A stretch of 64,000 nucleotides of DNA from a virus. Taxonomy: Duplodnaviria > Caudoviricetes. The stretch is from IMG/VR virus record IMGVR_UViG_3300025073_000989; one strand, 5' to 3'. Position 1 is the stretch's first letter. Each line of letters opens with the position of its first letter. Below the pieces are notes generated by a model. The model did not search any database and was not told the origin of the DNA. It worked only from the letters and a program-made list of their open reading frames with translations. Shown here in pieces: positions 57,686 to 64,000 of this stretch. The translations under genes were made by a program, and so were the position numbers.

Positions 57686-58366
57686 TTAACCTAAATACAA
57701 AGGCTGATGTGGAATAGAAGCGCTAGACTGCCCTATTTTACCAGCTTCCTCTAAACCACCGCCACCTATACTAGTAACAATACCATAAGTAGTTGTATCT
57801 GCGTTTCCTAAACCTGGAAACCCTGCAGACACACTTCCTTGAGAACCGGTAACTTGTCCGTTCGGAGCTAATACTATACCCATATTAGAGGCATCCCCAC
57901 TATAGCTACCTTCTGCGGTCCCTTGTAAAACAAAAGTAGGAGCAGAGGTATTTATATAGTCAATACCAACAACCCCAGAATCTACCCATTTTTGAAATGC
58001 CCAAGTCTCTGTACCAAAAGCCTGTGGATCTCCTTTACTGTAACTATAAGAGGTAATATACATTCCAACCTCATTAAAATTAACAGAAGTACCACCTACA
58101 CCACAGGCGCTTGCTGAAATAACAACATCTTTAGTAGCTGTGCTATCATCACAGCTTGTGTTTGGTATAAGATTTACTGAACCAAGTACACCAGCATATG
58201 TAGTAACATTCACTGTTAAAATCTTAGTAACTTGCGTTTTGTAGGCACTCCAATTACCTAACTGCCAAAGACGATTGCTATTAACCTGCACTTGCCAACT
58301 AATATTCTGAAAACCATCAGTGCCTTCTATATCAACAGTAGTAATACTTCCTAGTATAACCCCCAT
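57686..58366 (-). CDS. Putative tail tube-like protein
   Basis: 226 aa beta-rich; YITSYSYS...ETWAF pattern; strong GGAGG SD; preceded by motif copy D. Confidence 0.4.
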   Translation of the reverse strand: MGVILGSITTVDIEGTDGFQNISWQVQVNSNRLWQLGNWSAYKTQVTKILTVNVTTYAGVLGSVNLIPNTSCDDSTATKDVVISASACGVGGTSVNFNEVGMYITSYSYSKGDPQAFGTETWAFQKWVDSGVVGIDYINTSAPTFVLQGTAEGSYSGDASNMGIVLAPNGQVTGSQGSVSAGFPGLGNADTTTYGIVTSIGGGGLEEAGKIGQSSASIPHQPLYLG

Positions 58367-58394
58367 TTTATTCCTCCAAACTAGTATTTAACCT

Positions 58395-58412
58395 CTACTT
58401 TAATAAAGGTTA
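58395..58412 (-). promoter_or_regulatory. TAACC-N8-AGTAG motif, copy D
   Basis: TAACC TTTATTAA AGTAG AGGTTA; perfect 6-bp TAACCT/AGGTTA dyad. Confidence 0.55.
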
Positions 58413-58414
58413 CA

Positions 58415-58618
58415 TTATTTTCCCTTACATTTTGTATACATATTATAATCACATTTATATCTATCATTACAATCTGTACAGTTTATCCTTTTATAGGTTT
58501 CTAATCTAGCTTTAAGTTGTCTTTCTGGCAAATATTTATACCCGCCCAAAACATCATAATTATCTTTACTACTCATTTGACTTATTTCTCTTTTTTTTCT
58601 ACATCCCCCGCAAGCCAT
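58415..58618 (-). CDS. Small Cys-rich protein
   Basis: MACGGC... and CTDC..RYKC...C; AGGAGG SD. Confidence 0.55.
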   Translation of the reverse strand: MACGGCRKKREISQMSSKDNYDVLGGYKYLPERQLKARLETYKRINCTDCNDRYKCDYNMYTKCKGK

Positions 58619-58630
58619 TACTTTCCTCCT

Positions 58631-58864
58631 CTATACCACTGTTGAAATGAGAGTCACTCTGTTTTCATAAAAATTAGTACTAGGTATTGGTACTAAATCT
58701 ACCGAAGCTATATAACCCGAAAATACCCTATCAGCTAGATTAATACGATCGTAAGCTTTTAGTGTTGGTGTATTAGATATTATTGTATATGAAACCGTAG
58801 CTATACCCATAATATCATAGGATATACTAACTGATGTACAATCCACAAACTCTACTGTAGTCAC
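58631..58864 (-). CDS. Small hypothetical (tail/baseplate region) protein
   Basis: 77 aa; SVSISY...ATVSY...FSGYI..V resembles a single hub/tube barrel. Confidence 0.5.
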   Translation of the reverse strand: MTTVEFVDCTSVSISYDIMGIATVSYTIISNTPTLKAYDRINLADRVFSGYIASVDLVPIPSTNFYENRVTLISTVV

Positions 58865-58873
58865 CGCTACCTC

Positions 58874-59227
58874 CTATATAGTTACAGGGCTACCAACATT
58901 AAAATCAGTAGCCGTAGTTAGCTCATCCTCTTCAACATACTCTGGTGTTTTAATTTGCTTTCCTGAAAAAACATTTCCACCTTTTGCTGGTAATCTACTA
59001 AAATTGGCTGAAATAAGATCCCCGCCCTGTCCTCTAAAATCAGCACTTTCTAGTAATCTTTCTGTATACGTATAAGTAACTGTTTCTTTTTTCTCAGCCA
59101 TAAAAGTATGTAAGTGAAAAGTAACAGCTGTATCAGTTCCGGCTATCGGCATAGGAGCCCCTGCTCGGAGCCTATACTCTACTCCCACAATACCAATCAC
59201 ATCGGGATCATTAAGATTAATAGTCAT
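58874..59227 (-). CDS. Hypothetical protein
   Basis: 117 aa, AAGGAG SD. Confidence 0.55.
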   Translation of the reverse strand: MTINLNDPDVIGIVGVEYRLRAGAPMPIAGTDTAVTFHLHTFMAEKKETVTYTYTERLLESADFRGQGGDLISANFSRLPAKGGNVFSGKQIKTPEYVEEDELTTATDFNVGSPVTI

Positions 59228-59239
59228 AACTAAACTCCT

Positions 59240-59884
59240 TTAAACATCAACTTGGTATAAAAATTCATAATTAGCTATAGGTACCTGACCTGGGGTAGTT
59301 TGAATACTAAAACTCTGTAAATAAACAAGACCAGTAATTATATCTAAATCTAACTGCATTAAAACTCCGTTCTGAGGAGACTGGCTATCAGTAACCACAG
59401 AAGTGTCTATGGGCCAAGGCCTACCGGTATAAACTAAACCAAAACTATCAGTATGCATTTCCCTTTGATAAATTGAAGCCGGCCCAGAAGAAGCCGATGC
59501 TTGCAGCGTCCTATACGTTACACTTTTATCCAAACTCCTTAATGTAACATAAGAACCAACCCCACCCTGTGAGTAAGATTTACCCTCTCCAGCAAAAATA
59601 AAATACACTTTATTGTTAACACAATCATACTTTCTTAACCAATTTATAGTCACACCGGCCCTTCCAGCACAATCAGTATGTACTACAGTATTAGCATAGG
59701 CAGAAATAGAAACAGAGGCTATAGTAGGACCGACTATTACCTCTGGAGCCCTTCCCCCTATTACAGATGTAGCCAGTGATAAATCAGTAGAACTATTATA
59801 GTTTATTGATATAATACCTTCTGGAGCATTAGGTCCTAAATCTAAACTGCCTACTAGATTACAACAATCTATTGGGTTTGTCAT
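59240..59884 (-). CDS. Putative tube-like protein, distant paralog of 57686-58366
   Basis: GIISINY...ASVSISAYA and YLQSFSIQ...PIANYEF parallel the 226 aa protein. Confidence 0.4.
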   Translation of the reverse strand: MTNPIDCCNLVGSLDLGPNAPEGIISINYNSSTDLSLATSVIGGRAPEVIVGPTIASVSISAYANTVVHTDCAGRAGVTINWLRKYDCVNNKVYFIFAGEGKSYSQGGVGSYVTLRSLDKSVTYRTLQASASSGPASIYQREMHTDSFGLVYTGRPWPIDTSVVTDSQSPQNGVLMQLDLDIITGLVYLQSFSIQTTPGQVPIANYEFLYQVDV

Positions 59885-59894
59885 CTATGTTTAC

Positions 59895-60338
59895 CTAGCT
59901 AGTTTTTATATTTTTATTAAAATAAGTACCATAAGCAGGACCACCTTGTGCCATAGACGAATGATCATGAATAGTAAAATCACCAATCTCTATTACTGCT
60001 TTTTTACGTGCTCCTAAAAAATATATCCTATTAGTAACTGCAAAAAGATGAGTGTATTTAACTTCAACTAATTGATTAGGGGTGGCTTCTAGCTTACCGA
60101 CATCACGGCCACTTTGATGTGGATGCTGGCAAAACCCTCTTATTACCTCAACGTCCACATCATTTATTTTTATTGTACGCACCAAGTCACCGTGCCCAGC
60201 TATAATATTATCACCTTCATAATTAGTTATTGGTTGCTGCATTATTATAACATCACCTGGATTGGCGTAGTATTTATAATCTGGAGGCGCTGTAATAAGT
60301 TCTTCTATACCATGTAAATTATAAGAATAATTAGTCAT
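59895..60338 (-). CDS. Hypothetical protein
   Basis: 147 aa, operon packing. Confidence 0.55.
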   Translation of the reverse strand: MTNYSYNLHGIEELITAPPDYKYYANPGDVIIMQQPITNYEGDNIIAGHGDLVRTIKINDVDVEVIRGFCQHPHQSGRDVGKLEATPNQLVEVKYTHLFAVTNRIYFLGARKKAVIEIGDFTIHDHSSMAQGGPAYGTYFNKNIKTS

Positions 60339-60347
60339 ACATACCCC

Positions 60348-60989
60348 CTAACTTATACCAATATTTTCATATGAAAAATTAATTGCTGCAGTTCTTTTTT
60401 CTTCCTTTATAGGAACAGGTGCTTGTGGTACATTTATATTATTCATAGGATTACTAGAAGAAGTATTATTACCAAACATATCAGGAACAGCCGGAGAGAT
60501 TATTATTGTAGGCTCACTGGTAAATTGAAATTTACCAGTCTTTAACCCCTGACTAATAACACCATCAATTTTAACCCACGAATTAAAGGATTTAGTTTGT
60601 CTCCTGTTAATTTTTTTACCTTCCAACTCTTGTAACACGTCAGAACCCATTATATTTATTATAACATAGCTAGGATCATCCCAACAAGGATTAATTGTTG
60701 TCTTCCTTACATATCCGGTAAAAATTTTAGGTATAACAGAAGCTTGGTTTAGCTTCATCCCCATATAAATAACTATATATCTTTTTATATCATCTATTTT
60801 ATTCTGTTTAATCTTTACTGACGCATTAAATGTGGAAAATTGGGCCCTACTTTTATTTATATTTATACTTTGTATATAAGGAGTTTCTGCTATAAGACTA
60901 GTAGAAAATAATGAATAATTAGATATATCCTCAGTTGTTTCTAATCTAGCCCTTATAGGTATTTGTATTATCTCGCTTGTAGTAGCCAT
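60348..60989 (-). CDS. Baseplate hub-like protein
   Basis: IQSININKSR..FSTFNASV...KIFTGYV....I...I.GSD.L..L pattern of gp27/XkdQ-like barrels. Confidence 0.45.
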   Translation of the reverse strand: MATTSEIIQIPIRARLETTEDISNYSLFSTSLIAETPYIQSININKSRAQFSTFNASVKIKQNKIDDIKRYIVIYMGMKLNQASVIPKIFTGYVRKTTINPCWDDPSYVIINIMGSDVLQELEGKKINRRQTKSFNSWVKIDGVISQGLKTGKFQFTSEPTIIISPAVPDMFGNNTSSSNPMNNINVPQAPVPIKEEKRTAAINFSYENIGIS

Positions 60990-60991
60990 TA

Positions 60992-63358
60992 TTAAATCTC
61001 CACTGGATTATTATTTATAGTCACATTAACTTTATCGCCTACCCTTATTAATTCTGGACAACCATTAATTGCTTCTCTAACACCAACCCCATCTATTAAA
61101 ACCTTGTATGCTATATGATTTCCTACATCCTGTATAACTGTGGCCTCTTTACTTATATTTTCAGTGGCCTTTATGTATACATTACCAACTATATTAGCAA
61201 GACCACTACCTTCACCAAGAACCCTAGGCCCTTCATTTACAGAAATGGTATAAGATCCTTGATCAGAGTAACTATAAGTAATATTATTTATTACTCCTCC
61301 AGCATAACCTCTGTCCCCTAATTTAGCAGTACAATTGGGTCCGCAAACATAAGTAACCTCAATACCCTCATCTTCTTCTATATACTCATATATAGTCTGC
61401 GCCATTTTTTTAATCTCATCTTCCTCAAGAGAAGCCATATTTATGTTAACAGATCTACTACCAGCATCCATATAAGTATATACTTCTTCTACCTCGGTAG
61501 CTTCTAGATCTTGTGTTGTGGTAGGATCACTATCTCTAAAGTTTACAGTCTGATCTATTACTTTATTTACTCCAGCATAAGCAACAGCCATTGGAGGGGG
61601 AGGATCATCCATAGTTATTGCTGATACCATAGCCTTAGTTTCTATTATTATTCTCCTTGCCCTGCCCTCCTTAGAACCATCATCATGTTCTATTATACCG
61701 TTAGGATCTGTAACAACAAGACAATCTGTATCGAGATCTACAACAGCATATACCTGGTCCACTAGAATAGCAGACTGGGAATTTAGTGGTAAAATTGCAC
61801 CTTTCCCCGTTATTAGATTTCTATAGGCATCTACGTTTATACTACAAAAACCAAGGTCTTTTTCTCCAGAACCTCCGAGTATTAAATTAGTATGCCAGGA
61901 ACTACCTGCTACTATTATAAAATCAACACCATTACCATCAACACCGGTTCCATATTCAGCAAAATCGTTTACATCAGAATTATTAGCAAAGCGTATATAT
62001 GGTTTCTTTCTAAGTAGATCTTGTGGATCCACTATATAGCCAACAACATAATGAACACCCTCAGTGAGAGCTACCGTAACTTCTTTTAGATTATTTGCAC
62101 TCACTAGAACATCCCTATCTTCAGGATTTCTACTAGCCAATCTATCCAAACCAATACCGACTTTGGGCTTACCAAAACAAACATCCAACATTAAACCTAC
62201 AACATAGACCTTAGATATTCTAGTAAAAGCATCCACAGTAGTATTTCTAATAGTCTCATATCGCAAAGCATCAGGAATCTTTACTACAACCCCTTTGGTG
62301 AGCTGTCCGTTACCATAAGTACCAGTAAATTCAGAATCTTCTAATTCAGTACCTAGCCCATCCATACAAGAAACATCAACACCGGAGTTCTGATCGAAAT
62401 CAGCATTATACATTCTTTTATACAGTTTACCTATCTGCGGTTTCTTAGTAGAATCAAATCTATCAGCCATTTCCAATGGCCCGGCATTTTCCCTCATCAC
62501 ATATTCAGGACTACCATCATTGTTTGGTCTAGATATCTCTATAGGAACTGAGCACTGTCTCTTGTATGAAACATTGGTTTCAGGAGTTACCCATTCTTCT
62601 GGCGGTTCTATGGTCCAGGCCCATCCTATTATTTTTTCAAAAGGACTTCTATCTACATTCATATCGTAAATTGTAGATATACCATCCTTATAGTCCGTAC
62701 TAGAAAAATGAGGATTTCTAAAAGTAATAGTAGCATGTCCAGAAAACATATCTTTGTTACAGTTACTTACCATACTGTGTGTATCCCACAAAACAGCACC
62801 ATTACCTTTAACTACCCCCTGGTCTATTGAATCCGATTGAAGTAAATCATACCACTCGCCCTGCTTCCTTAAAGGTAGAGGTTTTCTTCCAGTAATAAGA
62901 ACCGTGGTATCTTTATTATCAAAAGCTTTTGATGGTATTGTATGTAGTATGTATGGTGAAAAATTAGCATTTCTTTTACCTATCTCTACAAACTCTACTT
63001 TACCATCCTCATTTACTATTGGCTCCTTTAAATATGTAGTTGCATAGTTATTACCGATCTTACCAAACTCTTCTATCAGGGACAGCTTAAGTGTAGTTAT
63101 TGCATCAGCATGCTTTAAATCTATTCCTTCTAACGGCCCTCCGCCAGAAGTGTCATATTCCATGGGAATATTAAAAGTATTAAGTATAAACTCAGCAACG
63201 CTTCCAGGTACAGGATTTTTACCTCTAAAGGTCTCTATATCCCTCATAGAAAGATCGCCTTGTGATGGGTCAGCCAAATCAGCAGGCGAAGTATCACAAA
63301 ATGTAGGCCAGGCTTTAGGCCTATCTGCCTCTGTTCTTTCTTCTATAGCCTTTACCAT
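60992..63358 (-). CDS. Large baseplate hub/spike-associated protein with C-terminal OB-like domain
   Basis: LG......G.INNITYSY...YTISV..G hub C-terminus followed by ATVIQD.G..YKV....IRVGDKV.V OB-like strand pattern. Confidence 0.4.
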   Translation of the reverse strand: MVKAIEERTEADRPKAWPTFCDTSPADLADPSQGDLSMRDIETFRGKNPVPGSVAEFILNTFNIPMEYDTSGGGPLEGIDLKHADAITTLKLSLIEEFGKIGNNYATTYLKEPIVNEDGKVEFVEIGKRNANFSPYILHTIPSKAFDNKDTTVLITGRKPLPLRKQGEWYDLLQSDSIDQGVVKGNGAVLWDTHSMVSNCNKDMFSGHATITFRNPHFSSTDYKDGISTIYDMNVDRSPFEKIIGWAWTIEPPEEWVTPETNVSYKRQCSVPIEISRPNNDGSPEYVMRENAGPLEMADRFDSTKKPQIGKLYKRMYNADFDQNSGVDVSCMDGLGTELEDSEFTGTYGNGQLTKGVVVKIPDALRYETIRNTTVDAFTRISKVYVVGLMLDVCFGKPKVGIGLDRLASRNPEDRDVLVSANNLKEVTVALTEGVHYVVGYIVDPQDLLRKKPYIRFANNSDVNDFAEYGTGVDGNGVDFIIVAGSSWHTNLILGGSGEKDLGFCSINVDAYRNLITGKGAILPLNSQSAILVDQVYAVVDLDTDCLVVTDPNGIIEHDDGSKEGRARRIIIETKAMVSAITMDDPPPPMAVAYAGVNKVIDQTVNFRDSDPTTTQDLEATEVEEVYTYMDAGSRSVNINMASLEEDEIKKMAQTIYEYIEEDEGIEVTYVCGPNCTAKLGDRGYAGGVINNITYSYSDQGSYTISVNEGPRVLGEGSGLANIVGNVYIKATENISKEATVIQDVGNHIAYKVLIDGVGVREAINGCPELIRVGDKVNVTINNNPVEI

Positions 63359-63368
63359 TCTCTCTCCA

Positions 63369-64000
63369 TTAACCGAAATAAGGTCTACTTATTTGAGAGT
63401 GTATTTTTGTATTCATTACACCAATATCTCTCGTTAAAACATCTATTTTTTGATTACTAGTATTTATTTTAGCAATTAGTGGTGTTATGTTGTCATTAAT
63501 AATACTGGATATATTATTCTTATTTTCCATATTAATTTCACCAAACCTGTTATCTATATCTTCTTTGAGTGTAGACAAAATAGAACCTATATTATTATTG
63601 GAATTTATAATCTCTATGGCATCTGCATTATTGTTGGTTCTTTCATTTATATTTAAAACCTGTGATCTGACTTCCTCTAATATAGTATCAAATTTATTTA
63701 TCATATCAGCACCAACAGAATTATTTCCGGCGCCAGAAAAATCTTTAGGTATAGACGATACTGCGGTTTTAAACTCATCTATTGACAGCCTTAAATCACT
63801 AGTATCTAATTTTATTGAAGCTGGAGAGTCCACAGGTATAGAAGAAGGTATCCCTGTTACTGGAATTCCTTCTTCTGGAATACCTATAACTTTTACTTCT
63901 ATTTTATCCAAAGAAGACTCATCTATTTTTACTTTAACCCCCTCTGAAACTAAAGTTTTAAGTTGATTAAAACCAATTTCATCTACACCTATTTTTAATT
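63369..64000 (-). CDS. C-terminal part of a coiled-coil protein (possibly tape-measure-like), 5' partial
   Basis: The frame stays open from the track start (TTG 63911) to the window edge (LKIGVDEIGFNQLK...); heptad-rich C-terminus; short GIPxx repeats. Confidence 0.5.
   Translation of the reverse strand, partial: LKIGVDEIGFNQLKTLVSEGVKVKIDESSLDKIEVKVIGIPEEGIPVTGIPSSIPVDSPASIKLDTSDLRLSIDEFKTAVSSIPKDFSGAGNNSVGADMINKFDTILEEVRSQVLNINERTNNNADAIEIINSNNNIGSILSTLKEDIDNRFGEINMENKNNISSIINDNITPLIAKINTSNQKIDVLTRDIGVMNTKIHSQISRPYFG

Noticed and set aside
63829-63888. GIPEE-GIPVT-GIPSS-IPVD mini repeat
   Set aside because: Only three to four short units; consistent with a linker in a partial protein
2267-63966. 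All plus-strand ORFs in the track and the short nested minus-strand ORFs (e.g. 33763-33948, 37886-38074, 43959-44210)
   Set aside because: Each lies wholly within a longer ORF with recognisable motifs, lacks an SD and has no domain signature; treated as shadow ORFs
1-64000. Stop-codon reassignment as in some large phages
   Set aside because: TAA, TAG (e.g. 10149, 42093) and TGA (e.g. 5925, 55357) all end genes cleanly, and ORFs up to 2761 aa are intact in the standard code
1-64000. tRNA, rRNA or strong rho-independent terminators
   Set aside because: Intergenic gaps are almost all under 100 bp; no cloverleaf or clear GC hairpin plus U-tract was found by eye (tRNAscan/ARNold not run)

Overview
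Gene-dense, AT-rich segment of what is most likely a large (jumbo) tailed bacteriophage genome. All credible genes are on the minus strand and use the standard code; no tRNA, rRNA or CRISPR array was seen. The low-coordinate ~11.4 kb is a bacterial-type replication/recombination cluster: partial GT-B glycosyltransferase, Cas4/RecB-like nuclease, RuvC-like resolvase, shortened DnaJ, SSB, DnaG, DnaB, a Vsr-like nuclease, RecA and a beta clamp, with a sigma70-like promoter upstream. A ~565 bp IS200/IS605-type element with an internally deleted tnpB sits exactly at the dnaB/dnaG junction and appears to supply the helicase stop codon and the primase start codon. The remaining ~52 kb is a virion structural module of very large, modular, paralogous proteins (LamG, SPRY, DUF2341, F5/8, beta-propeller and Ig-like parts; tube-like and hub-like genes at the far end). 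It is interrupted by a free-standing Hef/Vsr-like homing endonuclease and by a degenerate ThDP-dependent decarboxylase alpha/beta pair. The main leads are: the codon-donating mini-TnpB element; lectin-like domains plugged into fixed slots of duplicated scaffolds; a TAACC-N7/8-AGTAG motif before four structural genes; an SD-sequestering pseudoknot; and the ThDP pseudoenzyme pair. All family assignments come from motif recognition by eye, not database searches.
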